Below, in pieces: positions 51,831 through 63,800 of a stretch of 64,000 nucleotides of DNA. The translations under genes were made by a program, and so were the position numbers. Position 1 is the stretch's first letter; every line of letters starts with the position of its first letter. The notes under the pieces are model-generated. The model searched no databases and was not told where the DNA came from. It saw nothing but the letters and a program-made list of their open reading frames with translations. The DNA is from Eledone cirrhosa. Lineage: Eukaryota. The stretch covers positions 2,914,001 through 2,978,000 of the forward strand of contig OZ024744.1 in the NCBI GenBank assembly GCA_964016885.1, given 5' to 3'.

Positions 51831-54800
51831 GATAGCTTGGTGAAGAACGAAGATTTGGGGGAAGACAAGGTAGAGAAAGATAGCTTGGTGAAGAACGAAG
51901 TTTTGAGGGGAGACAAGGTAGAGAAAGATAGCTTGGTGAAGAACGACGTTTTGAGGGAAGACAAGGTAGAGAAAGATAGCTTGGTGAAGAGCGACGTTTT
52001 GTGGGAAGACAAGGTAGAGAAAGATAGCTTGGTGAAGAACGAAGTTTTGGGGGAAGACAAGGTAGAGAAAGATAGCTTGGTGAAGAACGGAGTTTTGGGG
52101 GAAGACAAGGTAGAGAAAGATAGCTTGGTGAAGAACGAAGTTTTGGGGGAAGACAAGGTAGAGAAAGATAGCTTGGTGAAGAACGAAGTTTTGAGGGAAG
52201 ACAATGTAGAGAAAGATAGCTTGGTGAAGAACGAAGTTTTGTGGAAGATAATGTAGAGAAAGATAGCTTGGTGAAGAACGAAGTTTTGGTGGAAGACAAG
52301 GTAGAGAAAGATAGCTTGGTGAAGAAGGAAGTTTTGGGAGAAGACAATGTAAGAAATATAGCTTGGTGAAGAACGAAGTTTTGAGGGAAGACAATGTAGA
52401 GAAAGATAGCTTGGTGAAGAACGAAGTTTTGGGGAAGATAATGTAGAGAAAGATAGCTTGGTGAAGAACGAAGTTTTGGTGGAAGACAAGGTAGAGAAAG
52501 ATAGCTTGGTGAAGAACGACGTTTTGTGGGAAGACAAGGTAGAGAAAGATAGCTTGGTGAAGAACGAAGTTTTGGGGGAAGACAAGTTAGAGAAAGATAG
52601 CTTGGTGAAGAACGAAGTTTTGGGGAAGACAATGTAGAGAAAGATAGCTTGGTGAAGAACGAAGTTTTGGGGGAAGACAAGGTAGAGAAAGATAGCTTGG
52701 TGAATAACGAAGTTTTGGGAGAAGACAAGGTCGAGAAAGATAGCTTGGTGAAGAACGAAATTTTGAGGGAAGACAAGGTAGAGAAAGATAGCTTGGTGAA
52801 GAACGACGTTTTGGTGGAAGACAAGGTAGAGAAAGATAGCTTGGTGAAGAACGACGTTTTGTGGGAAGACAAGGTAGAGAAAGATAGCTTGGTGAAGAAC
52901 GAAGTTTTGGGGGAAGACAAGGTAGAGAAAGATAGCTTGGTGAAGAACGGAGTTTTGGGGGAAGACAAGGTAGAGAAAGATAGCTTGGTGAAGAACGAAG
53001 TTTTGGGGGAAGACAAGGTAGAGAAAGATAGCTTGGTGAAGAACGAAGTTTTGAGGGGAGACAAGGTAGAGAAAGATAGCTTGGTGAAGAACGACGTTTT
53101 GTGGGAAGACAAGGTAGAGAAAGATAGCTTGGTGAATAACAAAGTTTTGGGAGAAGACAAGGTCGAGAAAGATAGCTTGGTGAAGAACGAAGTTTTGTGG
53201 GAAGACAAGGTAGAGAAAGATAGCTTGGTGAAGAACGAAGTTTTGGGGGAAGACAAGGTAGAGAAAGATAGCTTGGTGAATAACGAAGTTTTGGGAGAAG
53301 ACAAGGTAGAGAAAGATAGCTTGGTGAAGAACGACGTTTTGAGGGAAGACAAGGCAGAGAAAGATAGCTTGGTGTAGAACGAAGTTTTGGGGAAGACAAT
53401 GTAGAGAAAGATAGCTTGGTGAAGAACGAAGTTTTGGGGGAAGACAAGGTAGAGAAAGATAGCTTGGTGAAGAACGAAGTTTTGAGGGAAGACAAGGTAG
53501 AGAAAGATAGCTTGGTGAATAACGAAGTTTTGGGAGAAGACAAGGTAGAGAAAGATAGTTGGTGAAGAACGAAGTTTTGAAGGAAGACAAGGCAGAGAAA
53601 GATAGCTTGGTGAAGAACGAAATTTTGAGGGAAGACAAGGTAGAGAAATATAGCTTGGTGAAGAACGACGTTTTGGTGGAAGACAAGGTAGAGAAAGATA
53701 GCTTGGTGAAGAACGACGTTTTGTGGGAAGACAAGGTAGAGAAAGATAGCTTGGTGAAGAACGAAGTTTTGGGGGAAGACAAGGTAGAGAAAGATAGCTT
53801 GGTGAAGAACGGAGTTTTGGGGGAAGACAAGGTAGAGAAAGATAGCTTGGTGAAGAACGAAGTTTTGGGGGAAGACAAGGTAGAGAAAGATAGCTTGGTG
53901 AAGAACGACGTTTTGTGGGAAGACAAGGTAGAGAAAGATAGCTTGGTGAATAACAAAGTTTTGGGAGAAGACAAGGTAGAGAAAGATAGTTGGTGAAGAA
54001 CGAAGTTTTGAAGGAAGACAAGGCAGAGAAAGATAGCTTGGTGAAGAACGAAGTTTTGAGGGAAGACAAGGTAGAGAAAGATAGCTTGGTGAAGAACGAA
54101 GTTTTGGGGGAAGACAAGGTAGAGAAAGATAGCTTGGTGAAGAACGAAGTTTTGGGGGAAGACAAGGTAGAGAAAGATAGCTTGGTGAAGAAGGAAGTTT
54201 TGGGGAAGACAATGTAGAGAAAGATAGCTTGGTGAAGAACGAAGATTTGGGGGAAGACAAGGTAGAGAAAGATAGCTTGGTGAAGAACGAAGTTTTGAGG
54301 GGAGACAAGGTAGAGAAAGATAGCTTGGTGAAGAACGACGTTTTGAGGGAAGACAAGGTAGAGAAAGATAGCTTGGTGAAGAACGACGTTTTGTGGGAAG
54401 ACAAGGTAGAGAAAGATAGCTTGGTGAAGAACGAAGTTTTGGGGGAAGACAAGGTAGAGAAAGATAGCTTGGTGAAGAACGGAGTTTTGGGGGAAGACAA
54501 GGTAGAGAAAGATAGCTTGGTGAAGAACGAAGTTTTGGGGGAAGACAAGGTAGAGAAAGATAGCTTGGTGAAGAACGAAGTTTTGAGGGAAGACAATGTA
54601 GAGAAAGATAGCTTGGTGAAGAACGAAGTTTTGTGGAAGATAATGTAGAGAAAGATAGCTTGGTGAAGAACGAAGTTTTGGTGGAAGACAAGGTAGAGAA
54701 AGATAGCTTGGTGAAGAAGGAAGTTTTGGGAGAAGACAATGTAAGAAATATAGCTTGGTGAAGAACGAAGTTTTGAGGGAAGACAATGTAGAGAAAGATA

Positions 54801-57800
54801 GCTTGGTGAAGAACGAAGTTTTGGGGAAGATAATGTAGAGAAAGATAGCTTGGTGAAGAACGAAGTTTTGGTGGAAGACAAGGTAGAGAAAGATAGCTTG
54901 GTGAAGAACGACGTTTTGTGGGAAGACAAGGTAGAGAAAGATAGCTTGGTGAAGAACGAAGTTTTGGGGGAAGACAAGTTAGAGAAAGATAGCTTGGTGA
55001 AGAACGAAGTTTTGGGGAAGACAATGTAGAGAAAGATAGCTTGGTGAAGAACGAAGTTTTGGGGGAAGACAAGGTAGAGAAAGATAGCTTGGTGAATAAC
55101 GAAGTTTTGGGAGAAGACAAGGTCGAGAAAGATAGCTTGGTGAAGAACGAAATTTTGAGGGAAGACAAGGTAGAGAAAGATAGCTTGGTGAAGAACGACG
55201 TTTTGGTGGAAGACAAGGTAGAGAAAGATAGCTTGGTGAAGAACGACGTTTTGTGGGAAGACAAGGTAGAGAAAGATAGCTTGGTGAAGAACGAAGTTTT
55301 GGGGGAAGACAAGGTAGAGAAAGATAGCTTGGTGAAGAACGGAGTTTTGGGGGAAGACAAGGTAGAGAAAGATAGCTTGGTGAAGAACGAAGTTTTGGGG
55401 GAAGACAAGGTAGAGAAAGATAGCTTGGTGAAGAACGAAGTTTTGAGGGGAGACAAGGTAGAGAAAGATAGCTTGGTGAAGAACGACGTTTTGTGGGAAG
55501 ACAAGGTAGAGAAAGATAGCTTGGTGAATAACAAAGTTTTGGGAGAAGACAAGGTCGAGAAAGATAGCTTGGTGAAGAACGAAGTTTTGTGGGAAGACAA
55601 GGTAGAGAAAGATAGCTTGGTGAAGAACGAAGTTTTGGGGGAAGACAAGGTAGAGAAAGATAGCTTGGTGAATAACGAAGTTTTGGGAGAAGACAAGGTA
55701 GAGAAAGATAGCTTGGTGAAGAACGACGTTTTGAGGGAAGACAAGGCAGAGAAAGATAGCTTGGTGAAGAACGAAGTTTTGAGGGAAGACAAGGTAGAGA
55801 AAGATAGCTTGGTGAAGAACGAAGTTTTGAGGGAAGACAAGGTAGAGAAAGATAGCTTGGTGAAGAACGAAGTTTTGGGGGAAGACAAGGTAGAGAAAGA
55901 TAGCTTGGTGAAGAACGAAGTTTTGGGGGAAGACAAGGTAGAGAAAGATAGCTTGGTGAAGAAGGAAGTTTTGGGGAAGACAATGTAGAGAAAGATAGCT
56001 TGGTGAAGAACGAAGATTTGGGGGAAGACAAGGTAGAGAAAGATAGCTTGGTGAAGAACGAAGTTTTGAGGGGAGACAAGGTAGAGAAAGATAGCTTGGT
56101 GAAGAACGACGTTTTGAGGGAAGACAAGGTAGAGAAAGATAGCTTGGTGAAGAACGACGTTTTGTGGGAAGACAAGGTAGAGAAAGATAGCTTGGTGAAG
56201 AACGAAGTTTTGGGGGAAGACAAGGTAGAGAAAGATAGCTTGGTGAAGAACGGAGTTTTGGGGGAAGACAAGGTAGAGAAAGATAGCTTGGTGAAGAACG
56301 AAGTTTTGGGGGAAGACAAGGTAGAGAAAGATAGCTTGGTGAAGAACGAAGTTTTGAGGGAAGACAATGTAGAGAAAGATAGCTTGGTGAAGAACGAAGT
56401 TTTGTGGAAGATAATGTAGAGAAAGATAGCTTGGTGAAGAACGAAGTTTTGGTGGAAGACAAGGTAGAGAAAGATAGCTTGGTGAAGAAGGAAGTTTTGG
56501 GAGAAGACAATGTAAGAAATATAGCTTGGTGAAGAACGAAGTTTTGAGGGAAGACAATGTAGAGAAAGATAGCTTGGTGAAGAACGAAGTTTTGGGGAAG
56601 ATAATGTAGAGAAAGATAGCTTGGTGAAGAACGAAGTTTTGGTGGAAGACAAGGTAGAGAAAGATAGCTTGGTGAAGAACGACGTTTTGTGGGAAGACAA
56701 GGTAGAGAAAGATAGCTTGGTGAAGAACGAAGTTTTGGGGGAAGACAAGTTAGAGAAAGATAGCTTGGTGAAGAACGAAGTTTTGGGGAAGACAATGTAG
56801 AGAAAGATAGCTTGGTGAAGAACGAAGTTTTGGGGGAAGACAAGGTAGAGAAAGATAGCTTGGTGAATAACGAAGTTTTGGGAGAAGACAAGGTCGAGAA
56901 AGATAGCTTGGTGAAGAACGAAATTTTGAGGGAAGACAAGGTAGAGAAAGATAGCTTGGTGAAGAACGACGTTTTGGTGGAAGACAAGGTAGAGAAAGAT
57001 AGCTTGGTGAAGAACGACGTTTTGTGGGAAGACAAGGTAGAGAAAGATAGCTTGGTGAAGAACGAAGTTTTGGGGGAAGACAAGGTAGAGAAAGATAGCT
57101 TGGTGAAGAACGGAGTTTTGGGGGAAGACAAGGTAGAGAAAGATAGCTTGGTGAAGAACGAAGTTTTGGGGGAAGACAAGGTAGAGAAAGATAGCTTGGT
57201 GAAGAACGAAGTTTTGAGGGGAGACAAGGTAGAGAAAGATAGCTTGGTGAAGAACGACGTTTTGTGGGAAGACAAGGTAGAGAAAGATAGCTTGGTGAAT
57301 AACAAAGTTTTGGGAGAAGACAAGGTCGAGAAAGATAGCTTGGTGAAGAACGAAGTTTTGTGGGAAGACAAGGTAGAGAAAGATAGCTTGGTGAAGAACG
57401 AAGTTTTGGGGGAAGACAAGGTAGAGAAAGATAGCTTGGTGAATAACGAAGTTTTGGGAGAAGACAAGGTAGAGAAAGATAGCTTGGTGAAGAACGACGT
57501 TTTGAGGGAAGACAAGGCAGAGAAAGATAGCTTGGTGTAGAACGAAGTTTTGGGGAAGACAATGTAGAGAAAGATAGCTTGGTGAAGAACGAAGTTTTGG
57601 GGGAAGACAAGGTAGAGAAAGATAGCTTGGTGAAGAACGAAGTTTTGAGGGAAGACAAGGTAGAGAAAGATAGCTTGGTGAATAACGAAGTTTTGGGAGA
57701 AGACAAGGTAGAGAAAGATAGTTGGTGAAGAACGAAGTTTTGAAGGAAGACAAGGCAGAGAAAGATAGCTTGGTGAAGAACGAAATTTTGAGGGAAGACA

Positions 57801-60800
57801 AGGTAGAGAAATATAGCTTGGTGAAGAACGACGTTTTGGTGGAAGACAAGGTAGAGAAAGATAGCTTGGTGAAGAACGACGTTTTGTGGGAAGACAAGGT
57901 AGAGAAAGATAGCTTGGTGAAGAACGAAGTTTTGGGGGAAGACAAGGTAGAGAAAGATAGCTTGGTGAAGAACGGAGTTTTGGGGGAAGACAAGGTAGAG
58001 AAAGATAGCTTGGTGAAGAACGAAGTTTTGGGGGAAGACAAGGTAGAGAAAGATAGCTTGGTGAAGAACGACGTTTTGTGGGAAGACAAGGTAGAGAAAG
58101 ATAGCTTGGTGAATAACAAAGTTTTGGGAGGAGACAAGGTCGAGAAAGATAGCTTGGTGAAGAACGAAGTTTTGTGGGAAGACAAGGTAGAGAAAGATAG
58201 CTTGGTGAAGAACGAAGTTTTGGGGGAAGACAAGGTAGAGAAAGATAGCTTGGTGAATAACGAAGTTTTGGGAGAAGACAAGGTAGAGAAAGATAGCTTG
58301 GTGAAGAACGACGTTTTGAGGGAAGACAAGGCAGAGAAAGATAGCTTGGTGAAGAACGAAGTTTTGGGGAAGACAATGTAGAGAAAGATAGCTTGGTGAA
58401 GAACGAAGTTTTGGGGGAAGACAAGGTAGAGAAAGATAGCTTGGTGAAGAACGAAGTTTTGAGGGAAGACAAGGTAGAGAAAGATAGCTTGGTGAATAAC
58501 GAAGTTTTGGGAGAAGACAAGGTAGAGAAAGATAGTTGGTGAAGAACGAAGTTTTGAAGGAAGAAAAGGCAGAGAAAGATAGCTTGGTGAAGAACGAAGT
58601 TTTGAGGGAAGACAAGGTAGAGAAAGATAGCTTGGTGAAGAACGAAGTTTTGGGGGAAGACAAGGTAGAGAAAGATAGCTTGGTGAAGAACGAAGTTTTG
58701 GGGGAAGACAAGGTAGAGAAAGATAGCTTGGTGAAGAAGGAAGTTTTGGGGAAGACAATGTAGAGAAAGATAGCTTGGTGAAGAACGAAGATTTGGGGGA
58801 AGACAAGGTAGAGAAAGATAGCTTGGTGAAGAACGAAGTTTTGAGGGGAGACAAGGTAGAGAAAGATAGCTTGGTGAAGAACGACGTTTTGAGGGAAGAC
58901 AAGGTAGAGAAAGATAGCTTGGTGAAGAACGACGTTTTGTGGGAAGACAAGGTAGAGAAAGATAGCTTGGTGAAGAACGAAGTTTTGGGGGAAGACAAGG
59001 TAGAGAAAGATAGCTTGGTGAAGAACGGAGTTTTGGGGGAAGACAAGGTAGAGAAAGATAGCTTGGTGAAGAACGAAGTTTTGGGGGAAGACAAGGTAGA
59101 GAAAGATAGCTTGGTGAAGAACGAAGTTTTGAGGGAAGACAATGTAGAGAAAGATAGCTTGGTGAAGAACGAAGTTTTGTGGAAGATAATGTAGAGAAAG
59201 ATAGCTTGGTGAAGAACGAAGTTTTGGTGGAAGACAAGGTAGAGAAAGATAGCTTGGTGAAGAAGGAAGTTTTGGGAGAAGACAATGTAAGAAATATAGC
59301 TTGGTGAAGAACGAAGTTTTGAGGGAAGACAATGTAGAGAAAGATAGCTTGGTGAAGAACGAAGTTTTGGGGAAGATAATGTAGAGAAAGATAGCTTGGT
59401 GAAGAACGAAGTTTTGGTGGAAGACAAGGTAGAGAAAGATAGCTTGGTGAAGAACGACGTTTTGTGGGAAGACAAGGTAGAGAAAGATAGCTTGGTGAAG
59501 AACGAAGTTTTGGGGGAAGACAAGTTAGAGAAAGATAGCTTGGTGAAGAACGAAGTTTTGGGGAAGACAATGTAGAGAAAGATAGCTTGGTGAAGAACGA
59601 AGTTTTGGGGGAAGACAAGGTAGAGAAAGATAGCTTGGTGAATAACGAAGTTTTGGGAGAAGACAAGGTCGAGAAAGATAGCTTGGTGAAGAACGAAGTT
59701 TTGAGGGAAGACAAGGTAGAGAAAGATAGCTTGGTGAAGAACGACGTTTTGGTGGAAGACAAGGTAGAGAAAGATAGCTTGGTGAAGAACGACGTTTTGT
59801 GGGAAGACAAGGTAGAGAAAGATAGCTTGGTGAAGAACGAAGTTTTGGGGGAAGACAAGGTAGAGAAAGATAGCTTGGTGAAGAACGGAGTTTTGGGGGA
59901 AGACAAGGTAGAGAAAGATAGCTTGGTGAAGAACGAAGTTTTGGGGGAAGACAAGGTAGAGAAAGATAGCTTGGTGAAGAACGAAGTTTTGAGGGGAGAC
60001 AAGGTAGAGAAAGATAGCTTGGTGAAGAACGACGTTTTGTGGGAAGACAAGGTAGAGAAAGATAGCTTGGTGAATAACAAAGTTTTGGGAGAAGACAAGG
60101 TCGAGAAAGATAGCTTGGTGAAGAACGAAGTTTTGTGGGAAGACAAGGTAGAGAAAGATAGCTTGGTGAAGAACGAAGTTTTGGGGGAAGACAAGGTAGA
60201 GAAAGATAGCTTGGTGAATAACGAAGTTTTGGGAGAAGACAAGGTAGAGAAAGATAGCTTGGTGAAGAACGACGTTTTGAGGGAAGACAAGGCAGAGAAA
60301 GATAGCTTGGTGTAGAACGAAGTTTTGGGGAAGACAATGTAGAGAAAGATAGCTTGGTGAAGAACGAAGTTTTGGGGGAAGACAAGGTAGAGAAAGATAG
60401 CTTGGTGAAGAACGAAGTTTTGAGGGAAGACAAGGTAGAGAAAGATAGCTTGGTGAATAACGAAGTTTTGGGAGAAGACAAGGTAGAGAAAGATAGTTGG
60501 TGAAGAACGAAGTTTTGAAGGAAGACAAGGCAGAGAAAGATAGCTTGGTGAAGAACGAAATTTTGAGGGAAGACAAGGTAGAGAAATATAGCTTGGTGAA
60601 GAACGACGTTTTGGTGGAAGACAAGGTAGAGAAAGATAGCTTGGTGAAGAACGACGTTTTGTGGGAAGACAAGGTAGAGAAAGATAGCTTGGTGAAGAAC
60701 GAAGTTTTGGGGGAAGACAAGGTAGAGAAAGATAGCTTGGTGAAGAACGGAGTTTTGGGGGAAGACAAGGTAGAGAAAGATAGCTTGGTGAAGAACGAAG

Positions 60801-63800
60801 TTTTGGGGGAAGACAAGGTAGAGAAAGATAGCTTGGTGAAGAACGACGTTTTGTGGGAAGACAAGGTAGAGAAAGATAGCTTGGTGAATAACAAAGTTTT
60901 GGGAGAAGACAAGGTCGAGAAAGATAGCTTGGTGAAGAACGAAGTTTTGTGGGAAGACAAGGTAGAGAAAGATAGCTTGGTGAAGAACGAAGTTTTGGGG
61001 GAAGACAAGGTAGAGAAAGATAGCTTGGTGAATAACGAAGTTTTGGGAGAAGACAAGGTAGAGAAAGATAGCTTGGTGAAGAACGACGTTTTGAGGGAAG
61101 ACAAGGCAGAGAAAGATAGCTTGGTGAAGAACGAAGTTTTGGGGAAGACAATGTAGAGAAAGATAGCTTGGTGAAGAACGAAGTTTTGGGGGAAGACAAG
61201 GTAGAGAAAGATAGCTTGGTGAAGAACGAAGTTTTGAGGGAAGACAAGGTAGAGAAAGATAGCTTGGTGAATAACGAAGTTTTGGGAGAAGACAAGGTAG
61301 AGAAAGATAGTTGGTGAAGAACGAAGTTTTGAAGGAAGACAAGGCAGAGAAAGATAGCTTGGTGAAGAACGAAGTTTTGAGGGAAGACAAGGTAGAGAAA
61401 GATAGCTTGGTGAAGAACGACGTTTTGTGGGAAGACAAGGTAGAGAAAGATAGCTTGGTGAAGAACGAAGTTTTGGGGGAAGACAAGGTAGAGAAAGATA
61501 GCTTGGTGAAGAACGAAGTTTTGGGGGAAGACAAGGTAGAGAAAGATAGCTTGGTGAAGAAGGAAGTTTTGGGAAGACAATGTAGAGAAAGATAGCTTGG
61601 TGAAGAACGAAGATTTGGGGGAAGACAAGGTAGAGAAAGATAGCTTGGTGAAGAACGAAGTTTTGAGAGAAGACAAGGTAGAGAAAGATAGCTTGGTGAA
61701 GAACGAAGTTTTGAGGGGAGACAAGGTAGAGAAAGATAGCTTGGTGAAGAACGACGTTTTGAGGGAAGACAAGGTAGAGAAATATAGCTTGGTGAAGAAC
61801 GACGTTTTGTGGAAAGACAAGGTAGAAAAAGATAGCTTGGTGAAGAACGAAGTTTTGGGGGAAGACAAGGTAGAGAAAGATAGCTTGGTGAAGAACGGAG
61901 TTTTGGGGGAAGACAAGGTAGAGAAAGATAGCTTGGTGAAGAACGAAGTTTTGGGGGAAGACAAGGTAGAGAAAGATAGCTTGGTGAAGAACGAAGTTTT
62001 GAGGGAAGACAATGTAGAGAAAGATAGCTTGGTGAAGAACGAAGTTTTGGGGAAGATAATGTAGAGAAAGATAGCTTGGTGAAGAACGAAGTTTTGGTGG
62101 AAGACAAGGTAGAGAAAGATAGCTTGGTGAAGAAGGAAGTTTTGGGAGAAGACAAGGTAAGAAAGATAGCTTGGTGAAGAACGAAGTTTTGAGGGAAGAC
62201 AAGGTAGAGAAAGATAGCTTGGTGAAGAACGACGTTTTGAGGGAAGACAAGGTAGAGAAAGATAGCTTGGTGAAGAACGACGTTTTGTGGGAAGACAAGG
62301 TAGAGAAAGATAGCTTGGTGAAGAACGAAGTTTTGGGGGAAGACAAGTTAGAGAAAGATAGCTTGGTGAAGAACGAAGTTTTGGGGAAGACAATGTAGAG
62401 AAAGATAGCTTGGTGAAGAACGAAGTTTTGGGGGAAGACAAGGTAGAGAAAGATAGCTTGGTGAATAACGAAGTTTTGGGAGAAGACAAGGTCGAGAAAG
62501 ATAGCTTGGTGAAGAACGAAATTTTGAGGGAAGACAAGGTAGAGAAAGATAGCTTGGTGAAGAACGACGTTTTGGTGGAAGACAAGGTAGAGAAAGATAG
62601 CTTGGTGAAGAACGACGTTTTGTGGGAAGACAAGGTAGAGAAAGATAGCTTGGTGAAGAACGAAGTTTTGGGGGAAGACAAGGTAGAGAAAGATAGCTTG
62701 GTGAAGAACTGAGTTTTGGGGGAAGACAAGGTAGAGAAAGATAGCTTGGTGAAGAACGAAGTTTTGGGGGAAGACAAGGTAGAGAAAGATAGCTTGGTGA
62801 AGAACGAAGTTTTGAGGGGAGACAAGGTAGAGAAAGATAGCTTGGTGAAGAACGACGTTTTGTGGGAAGACAAGGTAGAGAAAGATAGCTTGGTGAATAA
62901 CAAAGTTTTGGGAGAAGACAAGGTCGAGAAAGATAGCTTGGTGAAGAACGAAGTTTTGTGGGAAGACAAGGTAGAGAAAGATAGCTTGGTGAAGAACGAA
63001 GTTTTGGGGGAAGACAAGGTAGAGAAAGATAGCTTGGTGAATAACGAAGTTTTGGGAGAAGACAAGGTAGAGAAAGATAGCTTGGTGAAGAACGACGTTT
63101 TGAGGGAAGACAAGGCAGAGAAAGATAGCTTGGTGAAGAACGAAGTTTTGGGGAAGACAATGTAGAGAAAGATAGCTTGGTGAAGAACGAAGTTTTGGGG
63201 GAAGACAAGGTAGAGAAAGATAGCTTGGTGAAGAACGAAGTTTTGAGGGAAGACAAGGTAGAGAAAGATAGCTTGGTGAATAACGAAGTTTTGGGAGAAG
63301 ACAAGGTAGAGAAAGATAGTTGGTGAAGAACGAAGTTTTGAAGGAAGACAAGGCAGAGAAAGATAGCTTGGTGAAGAACGAAATTTTGAGGGAAGACAAG
63401 GTAGAGAAATATAGCTTGGTGAAGAACGACGTTTTGGTGGAAGACAAGGTAGAGAAAGATAGCTTGGTGAAGAACGACGTTTTGTGGGAAGACAAGGTAG
63501 AGAAAGATAGCTTGGTGAAGAACGAAGTTTTGGGGGAAGACAAGGTAGAGAAAGATAGCTTGGTGAAGAACGGAGTTTTGGGGGAAGACAAGGTAGAGAA
63601 AGATAGCTTGGTGAAGAACGAAGTTTTGGGGGAAGACAAGGTAGAGAAAGATAGCTTGGTGAAGAACGAAGTTTTGAGGGAAGACAAGGTAGAGAAAGAT
63701 AGCTTGGTGAAGAACGACGTTTTGTGGGAAGACAAGGTAGAGAAAGATAGCTTGGTGAATAACAAAGTTTTGGGAGAAGACAAGGTCGAGAAAGATAGCT

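Noticed and set aside
1095-61575. Singleton length variants: AACGAGTTTT at ~1101, extra G at ~36741 and ~44495, G3 at ~61571
   Set aside because: Each occurs once, in or beside a homopolymer, while paralogous blocks have the normal length. They cannot be distinguished from sequencing or consensus error.
32048-62823. RGD tripeptide in the + frame of AGGGGAGAC monomers
   Set aside because: It results from a single A>G change from RED in a frame with no evidence of translation.
6-63165. The many short + strand ORFs (MVKNEVLGEDKVEKDSL...GKTM) as a tandem gene family or operon
   Set aside because: Starts are just the TTG present in every monomer, and ends are set by 1-bp-deleted monomers. There are no unique domains, signal peptides, promoters or intergenic sequence. 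The longest is 315 aa (55041-55988) of pure repeat.
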